DNA of 54,174 bases, the filler included, from Sphacelaria rigidula (lineage: Eukaryota): assembly GCA_964200075.2 (NCBI GenBank). It is 3 parts of 3 records of this genome, joined end to end, with 100 filler letters (N's around TTAATTAATTAA, not from the genome) between each part and the next. Parts side by side here need not be neighbours in the genome. Positions count along the whole stretch, not along the records: positions 1 to 18,002 come from CAXNAA020000943.1; positions 18,103 to 36,088 come from CAXNAA020000944.1; 1 more part is not named here. One strand, 5' to 3'. Positions 13,171 to 24,705 of this stretch are shown here, piece after piece. Each line of letters begins with the position of its first letter. Position 1 is the stretch's first letter. The notes beneath the pieces are model-generated. The model was not told where the DNA came from. It saw only the letters and a list, made by a program, of their open reading frames with translations, and did no database searches. The translations under genes and the position numbers were made by a program.

Positions 13171-13666
13171 AATATACAGCCTTGTCGAGTATGGCCAGTA
13201 AGCTCTTTCTTGGCATGTCTCTTGCAGTAAATTACCATTTCAATTTTCCTACGCCTCTATTGGTTTCAAGGTCGTACATTTCCAGAGAGGCGCGGGGGGT
13301 CCTTTTTGATTGAGCTCGGGGTGGGCATTCCTAGTTTATGAGAAGCTTCTTACATCCACCATGCGTGATTTCAGGAAATTTCCAGGTAGTGCAACAGGCC
13401 TGAGGAGGGTGGGGGTGATCAGTGTGACAGTTTTGATTTGTCGAAATGCTCGTCATGTTCCACTACAAATGACCCAGTACGACCTACTTGAGGGTCAAGC
13501 TGGTCTGAACGATTGTTGATTATTGCCATAACCCCACAACCATTAAATCGTACCACGGAATGTAACGTTCTCGTTCTGTGCGCGAGGTTTGGATTTTTTG
13601 CGACGTGCCTGCCCTCTCTTGTGCTGGCGAGATAGTTACGTCTTGTATGCTATTATCATTGATATC

Positions 13667-13667
13667 G

Positions 13668-13724
<57 letters not shown>
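13667..13724. repeat. (GTT)n microsatellite
   Basis: Direct reading. Confidence 0.95.
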
Positions 13725-13725
<1 letters not shown>

Positions 13726-14339
13726 CATTGTACAACACGAAGGAGAGATGGAGACGGCGCGCAGGAGATGCAGTGCAGTGTTAAGCGATGGTTCATTGCT
13801 TGTTTCGTACCGTTACATGTAGCAATAAATGGAAAATAGTTTGTATGTATGCACGGCACAGGGGCAGCAGAACAGACCGCGAGTACAGCCGAAACGATGT
13901 GACGTACATGCGTGCAACACCAAAATAAACATGCTCGGGGTGTGCAAGCACTGCCCCAAACGTACCAACGGTACTGAAACAGCGTGAGCATATAAAATAT
14001 ACGAAGTGTGTATGTTGTTTGCGTATATCGCAGCAGGAGTACTTTAATAGGCGGAGCGGTACGTCTACCTCCTTTGTCATCCGGGAAGATATTATATTGT
14101 GTGCGGAAATGATGTTGAACATTATCAATGAGTTGAAATACGAGGGTTGAACATTAAAATGAGTTCCAACCCCAAAATAGTGCATCCCCTGGCCTAAACT
14201 AGTGACAAATGACTTTCATAATGACGTCCTCATCCCCCCGACTTGCCTGAAACTATTTTTGGGTATTTCCCGACTTCCGATCCCCTGCAGGGTTCGTGCG
14301 AAAACAACTAGCTTTTTGCCTCGATTCCGGCATGAAAAA

Positions 14340-14520
14340 GGCATAACACTTGTTGAGCGAGTATGGTGCTCTATTCGCACATACCCTTTGGGGGAAGAAA
14401 AGACGGCAACCCCCCAAAATAGCTCCAGGGAGGTCGGGGGGCATGATGCCGTTCATACGAGGGCAATTTGTCATTACTTCAGGTCAGACAAAGCACTGTT
14501 GTTTAAGAGTTGCAACGCCT
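14340..14520. repeat. Uninterrupted copy of the dispersed repeat that hosts the copia insertion
   Basis: The stretch ttcgcacataccctttggggga...atttgtcattacttcaggtcag matches the joined flanks 28165-28272 and 33685-33715. Confidence 0.75.
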
Positions 14521-17500
14521 CTTCATGTCCAGCCTCAATTTCAAAGATAATCTGCTTGGGATTCTATAGCCGCACAAACCTCTTTTGCCAGCGTCTATAC
14601 GACCCAACATTGTGAGATCGAGCAAATGAACTCTGATAGTCTTCACCTACAGTCTAAACCATGACAGGCTTCTCGAGGCGAGTTGCGCGACATCTACCAA
14701 AATAGTCCATGCCTAAGACACTTGAAAACGGCTTGACCGACGCTAACCCCAGTCCCACCCTGACCGAGAAACCACGGGAAAGGGAGGCGAGTGGGTGCAC
14801 CAACTCGAAGCTAGGGTACATTGGTGTACAGTAGCTCAAATCGGGCGCCTTGGGAAAACGCATCCTCCGCCAGCTGGCAAGGCGTTGGGACTTCTGTTGG
14901 CAAGGATTAGTAGAATAAATTCTCTTGCGCCGTACTTATTATGCCTGATATTATTTAACCTGAACCGACTTTTGTTGTATTGTGAGGTTCGCACCATACA
15001 TCACACTGCACCAAGGTAAGTCACCGCGTGATGAAACTATTGTACCACAAGCAGCAAAGCACGCCATAAACGATCTTACGAGGGGTTGTACATCTGTCTT
15101 TCCTCGCGGCGAGCGTCAGTCACATCAACTGCTTGCTGGCGCTTCATGTCGCCTGTCTCAGCAAAGAAAACTATTGATAGGCATACAGTACAGAACAGTA
15201 CAGAAGCACTCAGCGTTCATCCTGTCTTGAATATGCGGGAATCTCACCTCACTACGTTACGCTGTACTGTTGCGGTCCTGGCAGATCGGGTGCTTGGATG
15301 GGATCGGTCGCACACGGCTTATGCGAGTCCAACAAGCAGGTCAGGTTGTAGGGATTGGAGCAGTTGTGAATAATCCAGGTGGAGGGTGAACGTCCTGAGC
15401 TGAAGAAACAATCTGCTGAAGTGTGTATTCGTCTGGTGGGTAAACGGGTGCTTCACTAGCGATCCCAGCCTGCTGTTTGGCGATCTATGAGCATGAAAGA
15501 AAGATTCAAAATTCAAATCGTACCGCGTGTGTCCAACAATCACATGAAAATGATTATGGAAGTTGCAGGATATGGATAGACGCGACAAAGCCGCGAGAAA
15601 CGAGGAGCCCCACACTCTCCCTTTGCTACACTATTATGTATGGTGAAACTATTAATAAAACACAGTACAGTAGTAGTACAACTGCACTACTGACTGCCTT
15701 GGGTTGTCTGTGATAGCAGATGCATACCAAGTGGTAGCAGTCGATCTGCAGATAGTTCCCCCATAAGTGCGGGAGGGCAATATCCGAATATCTGAAAAAA
15801 TTCTCCCTGGGGAAGGAAAATCGAATATTTGAATATTTCAAAAGTGCCTTGGGCTTGGAGTATATCTTCTTCGTTGGATCACTCGTATTTACGCGGTGAA
15901 TACAAGTTGCTACCCCAGCAGCTACTTCGGCTCTCGCGTCCGTGCTGAGACCCGCAGCCCCGGCTGCGAGAAGCAATAATCAACCTCACTCTCATGGCAC
16001 GTGCAAACGCAGGAAGCTGCAAACTACTGACCCTTGCAGCCCCACATCCGGACTATCATAATGGATAATGACACACGTCGCTCCCAAGCTTGCCTGCTCC
16101 TTCATTTTTGTTTGACGACAGAGGTGGTGGTGTGGAGAGGATGGACAATAGTAAGGTGCCGAGCATAAAATCCATCATAGATGGGGCCATTGCCAAGGAT
16201 CTGGAAGGGATCTTGCTTGAGCTCGAAGGTTGTGTCGTTGATGCTGGTGAGCTCAAGTACTGCAATCAGTTACACAGCCAGAAGTGCCGAGCTTACGAGG
16301 TATTACACCCCCATTTTTAGTTCAGCAAACTAGATGTGTTTACAATATATGCAATGGCCACGCCACCAAGGCTACATCTCCGAGCAGTAAGTGTTGTAAT
16401 TTACTTCTGCATTGGTTATCTTGATACGAAACACGTTGATTGTCGAGGAAATCGAGACTGACAATATAAGGGGGTGTTATGCACCATCACGTACCGCACA
16501 CTTGCGCCGTCGAGCTCACCCCACAGGACTTACGAATGAATGCACTCTCTCATACATTCTCATACATACACATAGTTACTGTACCGGTGATAATGGGCGA
16601 GGGAGAGGGGAGGGCGCGCAAGAAGTACTGAAAACGAAATAAGGGGTCAACCTTTCAAATGAATGCCCGCCAGATTGGTAACTGCGTCTGCAACTCCTTT
16701 CCAGCGTGAATATGATCCCAACTTTACATGGACACGGTTGGGCAGTTAATGGGTGAAACCCCACAAAAACGTGCGGCGTATAGGTAAGACTAGCCTGAAT
16801 AGTAGCGCAACCCAGCAATATGTAACATCCAACTCGTAGATACAAAGAAGAATCCGAAGACAATTGAGAAACGGCGGAAAACGAAAGAGGCTTTCTCGAA
16901 CCAGAGTTCCTGCTGTACCGCACGAACAGCAACTTTCCACGCGAGAAAAGCGGGAAGGTAGACACCACGGTCAACTCGCTGAGCACGGCAATCGACAAAT
17001 ACGGCACAAGGGAAAGGGATTACGTGCTCAGCCAGATAAAAACGCGGAGAGGAAGAGGGCAGGAGTCGTGCTGAGACCTCTTGTGTCCGCTGCGTGTGGG
17101 GATTACTCCGGCCCGGGGCACGCCCAGTTGGCGTTCCCGCGATTTACCTCCTGCTACAGTAGCATGTCGCGGCGAGCTGAACGAAAGAGCTGCTTTCTGC
17201 TCACGTTAGATGAGGCTGCTTCCGGAGGAGTACTTCTGAAAGGATCACAAGACATAAGTTATCCGTTTGTTTGGAAGGTTGTCGATTGTCGTCCTTAGAG
17301 TGATGAGGGAGCTGGATATTGTACAACGGTCGTTTGCGATCCAACGTAACTAGGAGACAAAACGTGATTTTCGATGCTTGGTTGTTCACAAATGTCAACT
17401 ATTAATAGAAATGTATGTAGTAGTATACACAAGGATCAATTTTTTGTCAACAAGGGCTCATTCAATTTTCGACACTCGGTTCCTTACAAACGTCGATATC

Positions 17501-18002
17501 CATCTGTTGACCCCTCATGACGCCCACGACCTTATGTTCCGAGAATCCGGCCTCTGGCAGTCCCGCTATTTTTTGGAGAATGACCATAGCGCAGGTGTAA
17601 ATGACCCCTACGACGGCCGCGCGGGCACGGCCCTATACACGAATTGCTGTCGCAACCTTCGGCTTTATACATGGTTGAGCGGGGGGGACTGAGAGACATT
17701 TTTTCCGTCGTCATGTTCATAACGCAATAGCCGACAGAGGTCGCTCCCCCTTCCCAACGCTCAACCCCACGAGCTCATGTTCGTGCAGCAGAGCTTTGGG
17801 ACGAAGAAAGCTTTCCGCTGCGGCTCGATGGACGTTACTTTTGTGTACAGTGTGTCAACTGGTTACGCTCGTCCTGATCAGTTGGCAATCGGGGTGGAGC
17901 GGGGGGGGGGGGGGGGGGGGGGGATTTTTTTTTTGTTTCCCTTACTTGTTTGACTTTCCCCCCCACCCCCTTTTGAGGGCGGGGGAGGGGTGTGAGCGGG
18001 GG

Positions 18003-18102
18003 NNNNNNNNNNNNNNNNNNNNNNNNNNNNNNNNNNNNNNNNNNNNTTAATTAATTAANNNNNNNNNNNNNNNNNNNNNNNNNNNNNNNNNNNNNNNNNN
18101 NN
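18003..18102. other. Assembly gap with TTAATTAATTAA spacer
   Basis: N-run with a central six-frame-stop linker, identical to the second gap. Confidence 0.97.
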
Positions 18103-19315
18103 CATGCATGATCATGAGTACACCCCCCCCCCCCCCCGCCCCGCCCCTAGATTATGTTCCGTTTTATTTCCAACTTCCGGCGCAAGACTGAACGATACAA
18201 ATTAGTTCACTCTCATTACCCAAAATTGTGTCATCAGCAAATGCGCTTCTCAGTATCTACCCAAAAGTTGAAAACATGATATCATACTGACGGCCATGGA
18301 CAGCTGAAGAGAGTGAGATAGCCGCATCTGTGTTTAAGGTCAGAGTGGTGGCGCGAAGGGCGAAAACCCCCGACCAATCAGCGCCATTCAAACTATTCTG
18401 AAACCGAAAGCACGAATTCCGCAATTTTCATTCAATCTCTACATGTTTCAGATTGTAGTAACCACCATCAGCTCGGTAATCTGACGAAAAACAAGAATGA
18501 AAACGGTTACTACGGGGTCTAATTACCGTAGGTAGCATATAGACGTCACACCCGTGTAATAACATTTCGGGCGTAAAAAATTTATCACACTGGTGTGATA
18601 CTGTGGATGGGATGTGATATCTTCTGTCACCAATCACCTGTGTGATAAAGTGCACCCACTGGACCCCACATGCAGGGGTGTGATAATAATGGGGTGCGAT
18701 AATATCGCCCGTGTCATAAAACGGGCTACTAGGATATCCCCACAGGGTGTGTGATGATAATAATGGTGTCATTATTCTCTGAGACCGGTCAAGTCCAGAA
18801 ATATTCCGAGATTTGTCTGGGATTGACCGGTAGTTGAGAAGAATGAACGGTCTCTGAAAAAATGCACGTTGGGCGAGAGAAAAACTGCGGCCACCGGAAA
18901 AATGCGCAGGTGTGCTGTAACCGTCTCGACGAGTACAGCAAGGCATTCCAAGGTGTTAAAATTCACCCACCTCTCTTTTAAGGCGTAAGACGATGTCGAA
19001 TCTCCACAAAAGGCATTTTCCATGTTTTTACATTTGGCTGCCATGAAGAGCGGCCTCCCGCTGCACCACAACAAGAATTCGATCGATTCGTCCGCTTCAC
19101 CCGCATACTAAAAATAAAAGCAACATAGTCGTAGGGCAGGAGACCATACACATAGCCGGCAATGAGCTCGCTGGTGGATATTGACGAGCCAGCGGTCGAA
19201 CCGGGTTCGCGGTCAGCCCACTTCCGCACATGCTCGATGGTGTGAATCTTCTGAAGACACCGAGTGCATGTATACCAGCTGCTCAAATGTAGCAGCTGCC
19301 TGCTATCGAGGGTAC

Positions 19316-19547
19316 CGAGGGTGTGTTGGGTTGGGTACATACTGCATTTTGGTATTTTAAAAAGTCGTTCTCGATGTACTCTAAACTCGGGTAGAGTATT
19401 GAATTGGGATCATGCTCAACAATAGCCAGATATTGGGACCATACCTAACTCCACCCATTACTTGCGTGGAGTCTGGAGATCGGACCACAGCAACACTAAT
19501 TCGTGGGAGTAAATATCCGGGTAATTACCCTACCCAACACATCCTTG
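19316..19547. mobile_element. hAT-type MITE with perfect 8-bp TSD
   Basis: TIRs cgagggtgtgttgggttgggta / taccctacccaacacatccttg. GAGGGTAC occurs at 19308-19315 and 19548-19555. Confidence 0.87.
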
Positions 19548-20118
19548 GAGGGTACCGTCATATCGTACTGTTGCACTGTTCGAAGAGGGAACTTGCTGTC
19601 TGTACACTAGACACTGTCCAAAATATGCAGACGGCAGTAGTAGCATTGTTCCCGTACCGTGCAACTTTCCAACTGTACAGTGCACGACGAGCGCTTTACA
19701 GTCCGTACATCGTAAACATTGCCACAACAGTACTCCTGCTGCCCGTCGTCACTCCTACAGATTCTGACAGTCTGCACAGCAGGCAACGTTAGATACTGTG
19801 GTGGAGTGGTTTCGTAACTTCATCCCTCTCCTTGTGTGTATGCGGCCATGCATGGTGCTCGGAATAACGCAGAATCCAACAACACATCGTTACCTGTCCG
19901 GATACACTTTTTTCGACGCTTGCTGCTACGTGATCGCACACACACATGAGGGGATTCACATTTGGAAACTCACCTGACAGGTCACAGAAGAAACAAAACA
20001 AACGTCCTTACGCATACTCTGCGCATGAAAACTCACGGTTGTTACTGCTATCGAAATATTGGATGTTTCAACCTCCGCTTTTCACAATTTCTTAGTGAAC
20101 GGGGGCCTTCCGACGGGT

Positions 20119-20794
20119 CAAAATGCGGAAAATCACTGGGCTTATCTCCAGGACCTCCTATACATCGCGGACCGGAAGGAAGCAGCGAGAAAGAGGGATT
20201 AAACTGCGGATTACGCAAAAGAGAAGGCCAACCTGCTTGAGATAGATGGCGACAAGCCAGGCGAGAGGTCCGTCAGAGGTGTCCGACAGCCCAGGCAAGC
20301 CAAACGTGGAGATGGTACAAGGGTTGGGGAGATCCCCGACGTTTGCCGGGGCGGATCGCCGAACAGCCGGTACTGAAAGCGGTGGCGGCGCCAGCAGCAA
20401 AAGCGCCCTCAGCCTGCCGTCGGTCCTTTCTTCGTCGGTCCACCGATCATGCTTTAGGTCATTGACAGCACTCCGACGAGATGCTGCAACGCCATCCTTG
20501 CGTGTCCCCCCCAGCTGCTGCTTCTGCTGCTGGCGCAGTGCCGACTGTTCGGCGATTCGCCCCGGCAAACGTCGGGGATCCCCCCAACCCTTGCACTACC
20601 TCCACGTTTGGCTCCCCTGGGCTGTCGGACACCTCTGACGGGGCCTCTTGCCCTGGCTTGTCGCCATTTATCTCAAGCAGGTTGGCCTTCCCTTTCGCAT
20701 TAGCCACAACCAATTCTCTCCTTCTCGCTGCTTCCTCCCGGTCCTCGATGTAAAGGAGGTCGTGGAGATAAGCCCAGTGACTGTCCGCATTCTG
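20119..20794. repeat. Long imperfect inverted repeat (arms about 275 bp, loop about 125 bp)
   Basis: 20119-20400 is the reverse complement of 20524-20794, for example gaaggccaacctgcttgagata / tatctcaagcaggttggccttc. Confidence 0.93.
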
Positions 20795-21149
20795 GGAGGC
20801 CACCGTCCACCAAGAGACTGTGAAACGCGGCACACAAGCGGGACGCCCGGGAACGGGAGCCTTTGGGGATGGAAAGGACTCCGATGGCGGGGGGGGCGAC
20901 GATGCCGCGCCGACGACTTCAGCGTCAACCGATGGAGGACCTACGCCGACCACGCAGACCTTGATGACTTCGGGTGCGGTCGGCGTCGGGGGGTCCATGA
21001 GCCGCAACGCAATCAAAAAGAGAAAACATGCGCTGGGCTCTAGCGCAAAGAGGGCAAGGGAGGCGTAAGACCTTCTTGGCATGCAGCGCCCAGCCTTGGA
21101 ACACATAACGAAGCCCGTTCAGGTTCAGGTATCGGGCCACGTAGGATAT

Positions 21150-21476
21150 CACCCCCTCAATACCAGCATGGTGAGACACCGATGAGGTGGTGTATAAGCC
21201 CGTGGCTGTCTCTGGAAGTGGTGACACCAGAAAATGAAGCAACTCAATGTAGCCTGTCCTCGAAATGCAAGATGATCAGTAGGCTTCGGGCCGAATAGTC
21301 TTAGCAGGATGCAGCTCACCCTTCATGAGACTCGCCGAACACACCACCACGGCGCTTTACGCTTGGTGACTGAGTGCGAGCCTGGTCCGGCGAATACTCA
21401 GCGTGCTCCGTCCCGGCTTTGTAGGGATGCGAGGTGAATGGTCTTATGACTATGGCATGCATGATCATGAGTACAC
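21150..21476 (-). mobile_element. LTR-like repeat of the same family as 666-1118, preceded by a polypurine tract on the minus strand
   Basis: Ends gcatgatcatgagtaca followed by cccccaccctc. The same terminus plus C-tract occurs at 18103-18137. Confidence 0.6.
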
Positions 21477-21575
21477 CCCCACCCTCAATACCAGCCCCGA
21501 CGAGGGTTCTTTTAGTATGAAAAATAAGGACCTACGGCTCGCATAGATCGTGGTGTACTTACTGTACACAGCGCT

Positions 21576-21850
21576 TGGGGGCGTACTCATTCATTGCTTG
21601 CCTTAGTGATTTGATCATTGACCACGTAACTCCTTCGAGACGGAGCACCGTTCCTACTCCTAGTAAAAACATTTTCAACATATGGGCGCTCACTATGTTC
21701 TTCCCATACATTGCACAAAACCTGTTACATCCCCTTCCTGTAAGCTATCTCTGGCCACCATCTATCTCCCTAGGATAGCGATCGTTGTCTCGCTACTATA
21801 ATACATAATATACCAAACGATGCGATGCCACATCCGTTTGCTTCCTGCAT
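21576..21850. repeat. Dispersed repeat family (gggcgtactcatt..gacggagcaccgttcctactcctag)
   Basis: Other copies at about 45795-46060, 47655-47728, 51115-51188 (inverted) and 51395-51465. Confidence 0.8.
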
Positions 21851-22258
21851 TTCCCCGTCGGTACACAGCGCTTGAAGGGGAGCGGAAGCTGCTCTCCATC
21901 TACGCGCCAACAACCACAGGCACCGCCCAAGGTCAAAACTTGAGCTGCCGAGTTATTCCATCAACACAATGGAGCAAGTGGTCTATGGTACGAAACGAAC
22001 ACCCAAGATAAATGCGAGCGAGAGTTACTGAGGCGAAGACACATAGAGATGTCGACGAGACAAAAAGAGAGCGACAGAAAACACGACGGAACAGACATAC
22101 TGTAGACATGACAGAACGGAGGGAAAAGACAGGCACACCCACAGAGACGAAGACACACCCACCAACCAACCACACCCAAAACGCACAACGACGTTTATTC
22201 CGCAACTTTGTCAACATGACTGCCCCCATCTCCTCGAATCACACCCGCTCTTTCTCAC

Positions 22259-22544
22259 CCATGTGCCAGCACCTTCCCCGAGCATGTCTCAGAAGTGGAA
22301 GCCTGGGCTCCCACCGCCGCCGGAACAGCCCCCGCTTTCACCACCACGTGACTGTCAGTCTCAGCCAGCGTATCCGAACGTTGTTCGCTGGCGGCTTGAT
22401 TCAGTCCCGCGGCGGATTGCCTACGCAAACTGTAAGCTTTGCCATCGTTGAAGCGCTGGATGATGACATGTGTGCGGACGCCATTGGGGGGGCGCGATGG
22501 GGGGGGCGAGGCATAGCGGGGATAATGGGGAAACAGGGCAACTG
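22259..22544 (-). CDS. Candidate exon, low-complexity, function unknown
   Basis: Open frame (ORF 22255-22593) bounded by a tttcag acceptor and a gtgaga donor. No recognisable domain. Confidence 0.25.
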
Positions 22545-24486
22545 CTGAAACGCGTGCGGATACTCTGACGTGAAACAAAGTTCGTCCCGACACCTTGCTC
22601 CCAACACTCGAAAAATGATGATAAGTTTCTCTCGAAATTTCGGGAAAACTCGAAGGCCCTCTGGCCTTGGATTAGATGAACTTGGTAGTACCGCTAGAAG
22701 TCGTACCGGGCGTGCGGAAGCATCACAGGAGGGTGCTACAGCTTCTTGGAACACAATACAGCCAAGCCTTCCCCCGAGGTAGTTGATTGATTGATTCGAT
22801 TGATTGGTTGTTGCACAGTAACTGATCCCCGGCGTATTCACCCGTAGTCACAATTTGAACGTACCCATGCTGAACAAAAACGGGAAGACTCGCTGAAGAA
22901 AACAAGACGGTAGAATAGACAGAGTAGAGTGAGACAAAGAAAGACAACGCGATACAGTCCCTCAAGCCTCAATTTCCGTGCAAAATCGGCGCTGAATCTC
23001 CAAAATGAAACAGTTTTTCAGGCGGGTTTTCCCTCACAGCGGTCTTACGGACACAACACTCGAAAACATATGCCACTGTTCTGATTTTGTACGGCCCTAC
23101 TTATTTCAAGCAGAAAACACGGATAGCGTTTATTTGGAAGCATGCAGTGTCCAGAACCGTCCAGAACCGTCCAGAACCTCCCGAAAAAAAAGCAGACCCT
23201 TTACACGAATCATACAGGCCTGTTGACTACCTGCGCTCTTGTTTTGTGTTTGCCAATACCAGGAGCACGTGTTTGACTATTACAGATAAAAAATTTCGCA
23301 CGTCACAGTCTAGTTGTGGATTAAATGCTTCGTTTACAGTGTGTACTCGGTCCTGCTTCTCGTCTCAATGAACGCACACACATCACGGGGAGATATCACG
23401 CACACGCCACAATGTCAATATCAGGCAAATTACTCGCAATGAATAGGATTTATTGAGCTGGAGTAATTGGAGGACGTAGCCAAGAACACGGCCTACCGTT
23501 GGAAGTCAACGTGATCGTGGCTTATTGTTTCATTGAGTCTGCTTTTACCTGACCGTGTACAGTTCTTTGAGAGGGGTGATAAAAACGTGATACTATACCA
23601 GACGCGACATTGAAGGTGCACAGCTCAAACCCCTCGATTATGGACGTATGACACTTCATCGACATAGGAGTCGACACTTCATCGACATAGGAGTCGACAC
23701 TACATGACACTACATGAAAAAAAGCTTCATGGCATCGATCCACACGTCGGACAGCTGGTGAGCTACCTAGAATAACTCATCAAAGAGGACTCTCAGACCC
23801 GTTGTCCAAGAACACAAGATACGTGACAGCGGGGTCATATTTCGGAGTGTGGAGGGGATGTCTAGTATCTCCCGATCTCCAAACTTTGGGATCAAACTTT
23901 CACTGGGATAAGCGGTGGCACGGGAAAACACTTTCGAACATCCCCGACAACGAAAAAACCACGAAAATATCCTACTTCAGATGAAAAAGACTGTACACCG
24001 ACTGTAGTGTTTCATTTGAAGTAGCCGTGTTCCACAACATCAATCGTATTGAGACGAAAGAATGAACGATCCTGAATGGAGGGGTCATCATGATCAGGAC
24101 AGACAGCTGGCGCGACAGGCATCAACCGTCGGCGAAAACAGCACGGCGAAGGAGGTACGTCACAGCGCAGGTCGCAAGCGGTTGCTACTTGAATCCTGAC
24201 TCGCTGGGGGAGTTGATGACTGAAATGGTAATATGTTGTGCGGGATGCGGGCGCCACGCCGTGCACACGGGTACTGTGCTGCTGACTGTAGATGGCATGG
24301 AACCAGACTTGTAAAATATCATTATTGCATAACGTGCCATGTTGTCACATTGTAAAATACTCCACAAAAACCCGGCGGAGATGAAGTTGCTGGACTACCG
24401 AAATATTATATATATTCTACACCCTGGACAATGGATTACATTGGCAAAAATTGTACTCCGTACAGTATCGCATTCAATTGTCTGTT

Positions 24487-24705
24487 GTGTGTGTTGTCAT
24501 GCCATTTATTCTGGACGCCAGTCTACACCTTTCAGTATGTGTGGGCGCACCAGCCGGGGTCACACAGGAGGACGACCGACACAGGAGTTTTGTTTTCATT
24601 CGTTTTTAGTTCTACACCTTCCTTCTGCGGTACCTGCCTTATTTTTTTTATCGCGAGGGGTTCAGCAGTCCCCTCTCCCTCGTCGACCGTGAAGTCGAAT
24701 TTATT
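24487..24705 (-). mobile_element. 5'-truncated SINE copy (family of 1755-2122)
   Basis: Shares tgtgtgtgttgtcat, gtctacacctttca, ggtcacacag and cctcgtcga with the first copy. Confidence 0.8.

Noticed and set aside
12069..13238. 389-aa and 237-aa Ile/Met-rich ORFs
   Set aside because: Translations of the ATA/ATC microsatellite.
13520..13822. Poly-N, poly-L and poly-V ORFs
   Set aside because: Translations of the (GTT)n microsatellite.
18047..18058. TTAATTAATTAA palindrome (also at 36133-36144)
   Set aside because: Artificial spacer in the middle of the N gaps.
21637..21664. Helitron 3' end (small hairpin plus CTAG)
   Set aside because: Similarity with the 45795 copy continues well past the CTAG, so it is not a terminus here.
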